Positions 1-8,553 of a DNA stretch of 64,000 bases are shown here, piece after piece. Position 1 is the stretch's first letter, and each line of letters begins with the position of its first letter. The translations under genes and the position numbers were made by a program. This stretch comes from Escherichia phage JES2013: sequence record KC690136; one strand, given 5' to 3'. The notes under the pieces were generated by a model. That model was given only the letters and a program-made list of their open reading frames with translations, searched no databases and was not told where the DNA came from.

Positions 1-247
1 CCCACACATGTTAACAGACCTGCATGTATGCACTTCTGTTATTGTGTGCACTATGGAGGCCCGGCATCTCGCCCCTCGTAGGCGAGTGCCAATGAAGGGC
101 CGACACTACCCATAGTAAGTAATAAATTTAAAACATGGTACTTAGGATCTAATATATTCTACATAAGTTAAGTATATGTACTTTAGTACCATAAGTACTA
201 GATCTTTTATTTTTTATTATTCAGTTATTTTAGTTATATTCTTTATG

Positions 248-307
248 TGTCCGTATCACGGACAGTTAGTGTCCGTATTACGGGCAGTAGTGTCCGTATC
301 ACGGACA
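248..307. repeat. Three phased copies of a 17-bp palindrome TGTCCGTATCACGGACA (middle copy imperfect), operator-like
   Basis: Copies at about 248-264, 270-286, 291-307, spaced 21-22 bp (two helical turns); perfect inverted symmetry in copies 1 and 3. Confidence 0.6.
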
Positions 308-382
308 GTTAGTGGACTCTGTTCCAGAGCGAACATAAAACATACGAATCCTTATAGTACAGATATTTAAGTTTTTACTGGT

Positions 383-733
383 CTAACCAGTTGTTGACAT
401 CCGAATAACCTCTTCTGGTGGCAAAACTTTGGAAAATGTGCATCTTTTACCTCTCCCTTGTGTGGATGTTTCAACCACCCCCGCACACTCTAAAGTTTTA
501 ACGCACGCTGCTGCTTTTGTTTTCTTTATCCCAACATCTGCTGCAATTTTCCTTGTGCTTGGTGTGAAGCGTGAATTTCCTCCAAGCTTATACCAGTTGT
601 GCAGGTAGCAGTATACAATCTTGTCATACAAGTCAAGAACAACAACCTCTCCAGTTGTGTCATTCAAAACTTTTGACATAGACAGTATTTCAAGGGGGAC
701 TTTAAGATATAGCAGCTTATCCCCATCTTTCAT
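383..733 (-). CDS. Hypothetical protein, possible helix-turn-helix DNA-binding protein
   Basis: 116-aa ORF; segment TRKIAADVGIKKTKAAACVKTLECAGVV looks HTH-like; no firm motif. Confidence 0.4.
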   Translation of the reverse strand: MKDGDKLLYLKVPLEILSMSKVLNDTTGEVVVLDLYDKIVYCYLHNWYKLGGNSRFTPSTRKIAADVGIKKTKAAACVKTLECAGVVETSTQGRGKRCTFSKVLPPEEVIRMSTTG

Positions 734-780
734 ATCTCCTGATTCTCCTTGTGTGGCAATTTTCTTTAAAATAGCAGGGA

Positions 781-1335
781 TTACTCCCCGCTGTCAATAG
801 CAAAACTCATTGCAATACGGTATGCTTCTTCTAATGGTAAGAGTCTCCCCCACACATCCCAACCGACATCAAGCTGCCTGCCAAACAACTGTTGTGTGGT
901 TCCGTGAGCATGACCGAACAGTTGGACTGATCCATGAGGCTTTCTGTTCCACTTTGCAAACTGGTAATGGCTCATACAGATCAAATTCTTGTTGTGGCGA
1001 AGCTCGTAATAATCTACAACCTCGTGATAGAACTCTTTCATAATTCTGACAGTCGTCCTTGTGTCATGGTTGCCACGAACAAGAATAATATGTCCGTTCA
1101 ACATATTTAGAATATCCGGGAGTAAGTTGTTGATATTCTTATCATTAGTGCACGCAATATCTCCCAAGTGGAACACAGTGTCTGCAGGTGACACAACAGA
1201 GTTCCACTCGGCGATGATTCCTGCATTCATACTGTCAAGATTGTGATCATACTGAGATCTGTGTTTTTGACATGAATCAAACTCCATGACCCGCTGGTGG
1301 AGAAAGTGTGTGTCGCTTGTTACAAAGTATTTCAT
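781..1335 (-). CDS. Calcineurin-like metallophosphoesterase (putative 2',3'-phosphatase partner of kinase)
   Basis: Motifs SDTHF, GDIA, GNHD, GHAHG; start refined to internal ATG (MKYFVTSDTHF) with GAGGAA SD; 7 nt downstream of kinase stop. Confidence 0.7.
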   Translation of the reverse strand: MKYFVTSDTHFLHQRVMEFDSCQKHRSQYDHNLDSMNAGIIAEWNSVVSPADTVFHLGDIACTNDKNINNLLPDILNMLNGHIILVRGNHDTRTTVRIMKEFYHEVVDYYELRHNKNLICMSHYQFAKWNRKPHGSVQLFGHAHGTTQQLFGRQLDVGWDVWGRLLPLEEAYRIAMSFAIDSGE

Positions 1336-1342
1336 ACATTCC

Positions 1343-1753
1343 TCATTTAAGTTTAATGCAGTTTTTAAGCTGGCGTTCCATACGATCCACAACCCTGTCT
1401 GGAACATCATGAATGCTTTTATTACCGTGGCGGTTTTCAACCACGATCACGGTATAACTATACCCATGACTGATTGCCATGTCAACATATTCCTGCACAT
1501 GTTTTTCTTTTGTAAACGTATTACTTACCACGATACGGTCGTATCCCATACGCATCATATCTTCTACGTTATCTTTGCACCATTTTGCTGCGAGTGTTAC
1601 TTTACTTGCATCCCAGTTGTAATTGCCGTCATCGTCATACCAGAACATGTCGTTCTCAAAATGTGGATACAGACCTTCTAAAGATAGCGCATTTGCCAGT
1701 GTTGATTTGCCAGACCCTGGCAGACCACGCACGATATATAGCATTTTAGACAT
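1343..1753 (-). CDS. P-loop polynucleotide kinase-like protein
   Basis: Walker A GLPGSGKST near N-terminus; start refined to ATG preceded by GGAGG; adjacent to phosphoesterase. Confidence 0.65.
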   Translation of the reverse strand: MSKMLYIVRGLPGSGKSTLANALSLEGLYPHFENDMFWYDDDGNYNWDASKVTLAAKWCKDNVEDMMRMGYDRIVVSNTFTKEKHVQEYVDMAISHGYSYTVIVVENRHGNKSIHDVPDRVVDRMERQLKNCIKLK

Positions 1754-1853
1754 AGCAATCCTCCGTTTTAATTTTAATGATAGTATACCTAACTGTTTTG
1801 TTAATTTCAAGTGTTGACACTAGGTTATTTGTGTGGCAGGATAGACTGACAAA

Positions 1854-2789
1854 ATGACAAATGAGGAACGTATGATGAAGTATTTTAATGCAGACGATCT
1901 AGTTGACAAAGGTCTTGTAACCAGCAGATATTACCCAGATCTTGGATTAAAGATTTATAAATATGCCAGAAAAGTATTTTACAACAATTTATGGCATTTG
2001 TCCCCTCGTTTGCTGGAGTGCCGAGGCATTGTTGTCGGTAATGAAGGAAATGTTGTGGCATGGCCCTTCACAAAAGTGTTTAACTTGGGAGAAAATCACA
2101 CCAACCTGCCTGACAATAAGCTTGTGACGGCGGTAGAGAAAAAGAACGGATTCCTCGGTGTGGTGTCATCTCATAAAGGTGAACTATTGTTCTCAACAAC
2201 CGGATCTCTTGATTCCCCATATTGTAACCTCGCAAAGGAAACCATCCGGGAGCAATGTGGTAATTTAGATCTTATCAAGAAGGTTATGGGCAATGAAAAC
2301 ATGACATTCATGTTTGAAATTTGTCACCCTTCAGATCCGCATATTGTTCAGGAAGATCATGGCGCATATTTGATAGGTTGCAGATATAATGATTCTGGAA
2401 TAATGCTACCAGAAGCAGCTTTAGATGGGATTGCCAAATACCTTGGCGCAAAACGTCCTCACACTGTGCGTGAAATTCCGTTCAGCTATGCAAAAGAATT
2501 GGCTGCAGAAACAAGAGGTGAAGGGTATATGATTCGTAAGCCTTACTACCCTTATGATCTGCAGCTGAAGATCAAGTCTCCATACTATCTGGCACGGAAG
2601 GCCGTAATGAGGGGTAAAGCTTGGAAGATTTGGGATGATGATATCTTTAAACGTGTTGACGAAGAGTTTTACGGCATGGTAAACTTCATTCGTAGCAATT
2701 ACACAGAAGATGTGTGGAACTGCCTACTGGAGCAGGAACGCAGGGAGATACTCGACCACTATTTCCACAACGAGGACTATATGCAATGA
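1854..2789 (+). CDS. rnlA: RNA ligase 1 (T4 RnlA-like)
   Basis: LECRGIVV and VFNLGEN match T4 RnlA LECRGIMF/FFNLNEN; nucleotidyltransferase motif I EKKNG; FMFEIC motif. Confidence 0.8.
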   Translation: MTNEERMMKYFNADDLVDKGLVTSRYYPDLGLKIYKYARKVFYNNLWHLSPRLLECRGIVVGNEGNVVAWPFTKVFNLGENHTNLPDNKLVTAVEKKNGFLGVVSSHKGELLFSTTGSLDSPYCNLAKETIREQCGNLDLIKKVMGNENMTFMFEICHPSDPHIVQEDHGAYLIGCRYNDSGIMLPEAALDGIAKYLGAKRPHTVREIPFSYAKELAAETRGEGYMIRKPYYPYDLQLKIKSPYYLARKAVMRGKAWKIWDDDIFKRVDEEFYGMVNFIRSNYTEDVWNCLLEQERREILDHYFHNEDYMQ

Positions 2790-3136
2790 AGAAGTTGATT
2801 GTGTGGCTGGATGATTTGAGAGATCCGTCAAATTATGGACTCCCAGACGCTGTTTGGCTGAAGAATTCCTCCGAGTTTATGGATTTTATTAACGATAAGG
2901 GAAAGCTCTACAGACGCGTTTCTGAGTGGCATATGGACAACGACCTAGGAGAAGTATTCGAAGGATATGATTGCCTATCCATGTTGGAGGAAAAATTTGT
3001 ATTCGGTAAGCCTCCCGTGGTTGACAACGTGAAGATTTTCGTACATACTTCTAATCCATCAGCGGCTCGTAAATTCATGCTTGCAGCTGACTCGTTTAAA
3101 AAGTTTGGAATAGAGATTAAACAAAACATCTACTGA
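2786..3136 (+). CDS. Hypothetical protein
   Basis: ATG overlaps rnlA stop (ATGA); 116 aa; no recognised motif. Confidence 0.45.
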   Translation: MKKLIVWLDDLRDPSNYGLPDAVWLKNSSEFMDFINDKGKLYRRVSEWHMDNDLGEVFEGYDCLSMLEEKFVFGKPPVVDNVKIFVHTSNPSAARKFMLAADSFKKFGIEIKQNIY

Positions 3137-3144
3137 GGACACTT

Positions 3145-3906
3145 ATGCGACGACTGATTATTATCTCCGGTGCTGGTTTGAGCGCTGAATCTGGTATTCC
3201 CACTTTCCGATCTGGTAGCACTGCAATGTGGGAGAATTTCAGCATCGATGAGGTGTGCAACATCCACACCTTTGCCAAGAACTACTATAAGGTGCATGAC
3301 TTTTACAATGCACGTCGCGTAGCTCTGGGCAGTGTTGATCCTAACCTTGCACATCTTCGGATCGCTGAGTGGTATTCCCGCTGGTCTGGTCGTGTGATCA
3401 ACCTTACCACCAATGTAGATGATTTGCTGGAGCGTGCTGGTGTAAAACATGAAGATATTTTACATGTCCACGGGTATTTGCCTGAAATCACCTACGAAGA
3501 TGCTGAAGGTAATGATGTAATTAAAAATATCGGATACACGGAGGTAGATACAGGCAAGTATACCTGGGTTAAGCCCAATGTAGTGTTCTTCGGTGAGGTT
3601 GCTCCTAAGTATACAGACATGTATGACCTGTTGACATCTCTCACAAGCAATGATATGGTGATCCTGGTAGGTTGTTCTAACACAGTTATTAATTTTAACT
3701 GGGAATTGTTTCCTGCTACTTGTAAAGGCACAAAACTGCTGATTGTAAACAAGTATGATTCGCAGAGTGCAGATGGAAGTGGCATTTCACGTAGCGACCT
3801 TTATCAATATGAGGATCGCGGGATCCCTGTATGGTTTAACGGTGCTGTTGACGCTTTCTCTGATAAAGTATTTATTGAAACTGTAGAAAACTTTATGGAA
3901 CTTTAA
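3145..3906 (+). CDS. Sir2 family (sirtuin-like) NAD-dependent protein
   Basis: GAGLSAESGIPTFR matches sirtuin GAGxS..GIPxFR NAD-binding signature; TTNVDDL matches TQNID motif. Confidence 0.75.
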   Translation: MRRLIIISGAGLSAESGIPTFRSGSTAMWENFSIDEVCNIHTFAKNYYKVHDFYNARRVALGSVDPNLAHLRIAEWYSRWSGRVINLTTNVDDLLERAGVKHEDILHVHGYLPEITYEDAEGNDVIKNIGYTEVDTGKYTWVKPNVVFFGEVAPKYTDMYDLLTSLTSNDMVILVGCSNTVINFNWELFPATCKGTKLLIVNKYDSQSADGSGISRSDLYQYEDRGIPVWFNGAVDAFSDKVFIETVENFMEL

Positions 3907-3919
3907 AAGGAGACCTTTA

Positions 3920-4633
3920 ATGCTGAATACTAAACTGATCGACAACCTGGAAAAACTGTCTCAGCCTGAAAACTACCTTTGGTCTGCCAACTGGGTGGAA
4001 AACTGGAACCGTGTGGCAGCTAAGGTGAAAAAATCATACACACCATTCGAATTACAGCTTAGCTTCATTGAGGAAGAGTTCAATGAAGTTTTGGAAGAGC
4101 TGGAGAAAGGTGATGGTGGAGATCACTTGCTAAAAGAGGCCTGCGATCTTCATGTTGTCACAAGTTATGCCGCTTATCTTGTTAATGACAATCACGAAAA
4201 GTGGTCAAACCTGTTTGATAATCCACGAGGTATTAAGTTCAAGATTGGTGAGTTCTATGATACACTGATCGCTGCGAAAAACACCTCTAAGCAAAGAGCG
4301 TCTGCTTACCGCTTAGCAGAGTTGTCAACAGCTTTGCTGTTCCAGCTTCGCGGCGATGTGTGCGGGATGATGCGTAAGGTTCTCAAATCGAATGACAGCA
4401 AGTTTGCACGGGTCAACCATCTACGGTATTCACACGGTGCCAGTGCAGATATGCCTGCTGAACAACTCATCGAGTTGGAGATTAAAGATCTTGAGCGACG
4501 CTTTGATGGTCGATATGAAGGTTTTGTTGCTAAGGAAGAATTCTACAACGGTAATAAAGTTATCATATTCCTTGACAGTAAAGGTAAGATCATGAAGCCT
4601 TCAAGCTTCAAGGATGTAACAGAGTATATTTAA
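3920..4633 (+). CDS. MazG-like nucleoside triphosphate pyrophosphohydrolase domain protein
   Basis: EEEFNEVLEELEKGDGGDHLLKEACDL resembles MazG EExxE...E.GD...DL metal-binding helices. Confidence 0.5.
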   Translation: MLNTKLIDNLEKLSQPENYLWSANWVENWNRVAAKVKKSYTPFELQLSFIEEEFNEVLEELEKGDGGDHLLKEACDLHVVTSYAAYLVNDNHEKWSNLFDNPRGIKFKIGEFYDTLIAAKNTSKQRASAYRLAELSTALLFQLRGDVCGMMRKVLKSNDSKFARVNHLRYSHGASADMPAEQLIELEIKDLERRFDGRYEGFVAKEEFYNGNKVIIFLDSKGKIMKPSSFKDVTEYI

Positions 4634-4638
4634 CAACA

Positions 4639-4656
4639 TAGCCGGGATCACCCGGC
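4639..4656 (+). terminator. Stem-loop AGCCGGG-atca-CCCGGCT after gene stop
   Basis: 7-bp perfect stem directly after stop of 3920..4633; weak T tract. Confidence 0.4.
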
Positions 4657-4666
4657 TTTACTTGTT

Positions 4667-5005
4667 GTGGAAAGTATGCAAGTGAGGCAGATAGTTATGT
4701 ACAAGCACTCTAGAGATCTTGAAAACGATGCTGTGTTTGGGGATCAGATGAAAGAGTTGGTTAAACTCATAGGCAGGATAGAGGATAAGTTTGACACTAA
4801 GATCTACATCGACAGCAAAGTATTCAACCACAAAATATGGACAAATCTGTGTGTTGGACTACATGGAGATAAAGATGTTGTAAATTTAGTTGTAATTAGG
4901 TTCATAGTGTGGCAGAATAAAACTATAAATTATTACGATCCACACCTGCTTGTTTACCCGATAAAAGACCTATTAGATAAGGAGGACTGCAATGCCGTTA
5001 TTTAA
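4667..5005 (+). CDS. Hypothetical protein
   Basis: ORF in co-oriented block; start uncertain. Confidence 0.35.
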   Translation: MESMQVRQIVMYKHSRDLENDAVFGDQMKELVKLIGRIEDKFDTKIYIDSKVFNHKIWTNLCVGLHGDKDVVNLVVIRFIVWQNKTINYYDPHLLVYPIKDLLDKEDCNAVI

Positions 5006-5261
5006 TCTTGCTAAACCTGTAGAAGCACACCAGTTTGACGGAAGCTCTTCATCAGTATCTGATCTGCAACGGTGGATTGATACAGGTGTGTTTACATCGT
5101 CACCTGTTCGGACCAGAGATCTTCGTCGTATGTGTGAGCTTGTAGAGCCGTTTGGTAACCTAGTCTTGTACCAGGGTGATTGGCTTGTTGATTTTATGGG
5201 GGACTGGTTGGTAATGAGTAAAGAAGAGATGTTTAAAATTTTTAAGGAAGAGGTAGAGTAA
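4992..5261 (+). CDS. Hypothetical protein
   Basis: 89-aa ORF ending at ligase start. Confidence 0.4.
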   Translation: MPLFNLAKPVEAHQFDGSSSSVSDLQRWIDTGVFTSSPVRTRDLRRMCELVEPFGNLVLYQGDWLVDFMGDWLVMSKEEMFKIFKEEVE

Positions 5262-6544
5262 TGCATCAAATCAAAACAACACTGTACGCACTGAACAAAG
5301 ATGGCAGCTACCAACAGTGGAAAGTATTCACGGATGGTGATAAGGTTATCGTAGAGTTTGGCAAGCTTGATGGTAAACTGCAATACAAAGAGACGATCTG
5401 CACACCTAAGAACGTAGGTCGTGCCAACGAGACTACAGCTGAGCAACAGGCCGAGCTTGAGGCTATCAGTAAGTGGGAAAAACAAGTCCGTCTGGGGTAT
5501 GTTGAAAACATGGAAGATTGCGAGCAGGGTGTTGACCTTTTACCCATGCTGGTGCATGACTATCTGAAGCGTGGCAAGGCACTTAAATTACCTTGCTGGA
5601 TCTTGCGTAAGTTAGATGGCCTTCGTCTGCTTGTTGTTTTCCAAAATGGTGAGCCTAAATTTATTTCCCGTGGTAATAAGTCCTACCCTATTCAAGGAAA
5701 GCTTTTAGAGCAACTTCGTTCTTTCCATTCTACCACTGGGATTAAACAACTTGATGGGGAACTATACATTCATGGTCTTCCTTTGCAGAAAATAGTGTCT
5801 CTTGCTAAACGGTGGCGCACACAGGAAGAGATTCAGGCCGAGATCGATAAAGACTATGAGGCAGATAAAAAACGCCGTCATGCCGCAATTAAGGCAGGCT
5901 TATCAACATACAAAAACTTCAACAAGGTAGATATTCCTGTCGATGTTGATCCTGTTCGTGATGATTTGCGTTACGGTGGGTACTGTAGCTACGATCTGGA
6001 GTATCACATTTTTGATATTCCTAGCGACAAGGTGTGGTGGGATCCAGAAACAGAGTCTGGACGCTGCAAGGATCTTATGGATGCAGAGGATACCGTTACC
6101 ACTCTGATGCTTGACCATATCAAGGTTGTTGACGCAGAGCTTGCGTACACAGTTGATCATTGCGAAGAATCTGTTGGTATATTCATGTCCGAAGGATATG
6201 AAGGTACCATTATGCGTAACTTCTGTGGTAAATATGAGTACGGTCAGCGAACATCTGAAGCATTGAAATGGAAAAAGTTCAACGACGCAGAGGTGAAAGT
6301 TATTGACGTTGAGAAAGATAAGAATGATGAAGGTGTTCTTATCTGTGTTGACAAGGAAGGTATTGTTGTTAAAATGAAGATGAAAGGTACGCACGAGGAG
6401 CGTAGCTATGACAGAATGCAGGAAATGATCGGCAAGTTTGTCACCTTCAAATATCAAGCAAGGACAGAAGACAACAACTACCAATTCCCTGTCGGTATCT
6501 GCGTCCGAAATGTTAACCCAGACACTTGGGAGGTGCTGGAATAA
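5261..6544 (+). CDS. ATP-dependent DNA ligase
   Basis: Motif I KLDGLR (KxDG), EGTIMR (motif IV-like), WKKF (motif V-like). Confidence 0.8.
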   Translation: MHQIKTTLYALNKDGSYQQWKVFTDGDKVIVEFGKLDGKLQYKETICTPKNVGRANETTAEQQAELEAISKWEKQVRLGYVENMEDCEQGVDLLPMLVHDYLKRGKALKLPCWILRKLDGLRLLVVFQNGEPKFISRGNKSYPIQGKLLEQLRSFHSTTGIKQLDGELYIHGLPLQKIVSLAKRWRTQEEIQAEIDKDYEADKKRRHAAIKAGLSTYKNFNKVDIPVDVDPVRDDLRYGGYCSYDLEYHIFDIPSDKVWWDPETESGRCKDLMDAEDTVTTLMLDHIKVVDAELAYTVDHCEESVGIFMSEGYEGTIMRNFCGKYEYGQRTSEALKWKKFNDAEVKVIDVEKDKNDEGVLICVDKEGIVVKMKMKGTHEERSYDRMQEMIGKFVTFKYQARTEDNNYQFPVGICVRNVNPDTWEVLE

Positions 6545-6686
6545 TTTAGGTATGTTTAGTAGCCAATTGAATAAGTGTTTTCAATTTGCACCTACATATG
6601 CCCTGATGTATGAACTGTGCAACCTAGCCACACCACACAGTGGTGCTGATCGGGGCTCGTTATGAGTGAACTGGAGAGTATGAAAA

Positions 6687-7157
6687 ATGAAACTTGATAA
6701 AAATGTTCAACGAAAGGCTTTCTTGGATATGATCGCATATTCGGAAGGCACAGATAATGGTAGACAACCTACCAAGGATCGGGGATACGATGTCATAGTC
6801 GGAGGCAAGCTGTTCAGCGATTACAGCAAGCATCCCGGTGTTTACGTTAAGCTAAATGCTAAACTTACCTCCTCCGCTGCTGGGCGTTACCAGGTTTTGG
6901 AGAAGTTTGCTAAACACTACATGGAACAGTTAGGATTGCCAGATTTTGGCCCTGCCAGTCAGGACAAGATTGCGTTGCAACTGATCCGTGAGTGCAAGGC
7001 TCTCGCCGACATTGACGAAGGGCGTATCCACGAGGCTATCCATAAATGCCGTTCCCGCTGGGCTTCGTTACCTGGTGCTGGATATGGTCAGCATGAACAG
7101 AAGATCGAGAAGTTGATCGAGGTGTTTAAAAAGGCAGGCGGTGTTGTCCTTGATTGA
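6687..7157 (+). CDS. Endolysin, lambda R-type lytic transglycosylase/lysozyme
   Basis: Near full-length similarity to lambda R: QRKAFLDMIAYSEGTDNGRQ, GYDVIVGG, AAGRYQ, WASLPGAGYGQ. Confidence 0.9.
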   Translation: MKLDKNVQRKAFLDMIAYSEGTDNGRQPTKDRGYDVIVGGKLFSDYSKHPGVYVKLNAKLTSSAAGRYQVLEKFAKHYMEQLGLPDFGPASQDKIALQLIRECKALADIDEGRIHEAIHKCRSRWASLPGAGYGQHEQKIEKLIEVFKKAGGVVLD

Positions 7158-7160
7158 TCA

Positions 7161-7189
7161 TTGACATAACCACACGGACGTGGTATTGT
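7161..7189 (+). promoter_or_regulatory. Sigma70-like promoter TTGACA-N17-TATTGT with palindrome CCACACGGACGTGG in spacer
   Basis: Consensus -35, 17-nt spacer; upstream of 7221 ORF. Confidence 0.5.
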
Positions 7190-7220
7190 TACCTCATAAA
7201 ATGTTTAGGAGGGTTTAACC

Positions 7221-7427
7221 ATGAAAGATTTTCTGTTGGCAATTTTGTTCATGGCCGCATGTCTGGCCTGTGGTGTCGTGTTTGCAGGTGAAACAGCGTA
7301 TCTTGTCGATGTATACCGGGACAATGGTAAACGTATTTGCCTTTATGAGACAAGCCAAGGTGAGCTCTACGAGCTTGTGAAACAAGGTGAGGCAGGTTCC
7401 TGCCCTCGCACCCATTTCTTTGAATGA
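7221..7427 (+). CDS. Small membrane or secreted protein
   Basis: N-terminal hydrophobic segment FLLAILFMAACLACGVVFAG; directly downstream of endolysin. Confidence 0.5.
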   Translation: MKDFLLAILFMAACLACGVVFAGETAYLVDVYRDNGKRICLYETSQGELYELVKQGEAGSCPRTHFFE

Positions 7428-7437
7428 GGGAGAACAC

Positions 7438-7902
7438 GTGGAAGACGGACGTTTAATGAAGTCTGAACGCAGGCTTATTGTGCAACTGATCCCAGAAACA
7501 GCTTGGTATAATAACCTCCGAAACGCTGTGAAGAAGGGTGAGTGGGATAAGATCCGCAAGAAGTGCTATAGAGAAGCCAACTACACCTGTGAGGTGTGCG
7601 GCGGTAAAGGCAGCAAACACCCAGTGGAGTGTCATGAACTTTACACTTTCGAAGAGGGAGTGATCCGGCTTGTCGGACTGATAGCGTTGTGCCCAGATTG
7701 TCACACATCGGTGCATCCTGGGTTAGCAAATATCCGTGGAAAGTATGCTCAGGCAGTTAATCAGTTGGCTAAGGTGAATAAGATCACCAAAGGTATGGCA
7801 GAGGCGTATTACCGAGACTGCTTTGCAGAGTGGCGTGAGCTTAGTAAAGTTCCAGAATGGAAGACTGACTTTTCGTGGATAGAGGGTTACCTTGATGGCT
7901 AA
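7438..7902 (+). CDS. HNH endonuclease-like protein
   Basis: CEVCGG...ECHE...CPDCH...H cysteine/histidine pattern; GTG start after GAGGGAG. Confidence 0.5.
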   Translation: MEDGRLMKSERRLIVQLIPETAWYNNLRNAVKKGEWDKIRKKCYREANYTCEVCGGKGSKHPVECHELYTFEEGVIRLVGLIALCPDCHTSVHPGLANIRGKYAQAVNQLAKVNKITKGMAEAYYRDCFAEWRELSKVPEWKTDFSWIEGYLDG

Positions 7903-8185
7903 GAGACCTGTAAAAGAGAAATTTGATAAGACAGCTTTTGTATTCGATACACCTTTGGACGATATCATCAGAGGTATGCAAGCTTTGTATCGGAAGGCTG
8001 AATCGGAGCAGCTGTCAGAATCAGAGCTTTACTGGTTGGGTTGGTGGGAGCTTAATCTACCTAAAGCTGAAAGATCTGATCTAAAAACCGTTAAAACGTG
8101 TGCCCAAGAAAATGCTGCACTTGGAATTTACCACAAAAGAAAAAGATCAACAAAAAGCTCTCCAAGAAAGACTAAAAAGTCTTGA
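7892..8185 (+). CDS. Hypothetical protein
   Basis: 97-aa ORF, basic C-terminus. Confidence 0.4.
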   Translation: MMAKRPVKEKFDKTAFVFDTPLDDIIRGMQALYRKAESEQLSESELYWLGWWELNLPKAERSDLKTVKTCAQENAALGIYHKRKRSTKSSPRKTKKS

Positions 8186-8211
8186 CAAATGAGTCTCTGA
8201 TCTGATATTAT
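8182..8211 (+). promoter_or_regulatory. Sigma70-like promoter TTGACA-N18-TATTAT; -10 inside palindrome CTGATATTATCAG
   Basis: Consensus hexamers upstream of 8245 ORF. Confidence 0.5.
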
Positions 8212-8244
8212 CAGTTAACTATTTATTAACTAGGAGAACTAGGT

Positions 8245-8553
8245 ATGCTTAAAATTTTCATTGTTGAAGATAAAGATATCGTCCAGTTGTATGCAAATGA
8301 GAATCACAAAGGTATGATTCTGAAGAAGGCAAAAAACCTTCATGAAAACACAATTCAACCGGGCGATGTAATTAAGATCTGTGGTTATATGATACCAGAC
8401 TCCTTGATGAAAATAACCTACCACTGGGGGTCTAATCCGTTCCTTTTTGAAAAGTATTGGGATGTTGAGTCACTTATTGCAGAGAGTGATGATGCATTCC
8501 ATTACAGCATCCAACCATCTTGCAGAATAACTAACAGGAGGGTCTTTGAGTAG
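8245..8553 (+). CDS. Hypothetical protein
   Basis: 102-aa ORF with AGGAG SD. Confidence 0.45.
   Translation: MLKIFIVEDKDIVQLYANENHKGMILKKAKNLHENTIQPGDVIKICGYMIPDSLMKITYHWGSNPFLFEKYWDVESLIAESDDAFHYSIQPSCRITNRRVFE

Noticed and set aside
176-370. Track ORF of 64 aa on the plus strand
   Set aside because: It spans the three operator-like palindromes in AT-rich DNA, has no RBS and a low-complexity product; more likely regulatory DNA
5903-6484. Long antisense ORFs inside well-supported genes (for example 5903..6484 opposite DNA ligase, 36475..36867, 56853..57233)
   Set aside because: They are opposite strongly motif-supported or co-oriented genes and have no motifs of their own; treated as chance frames
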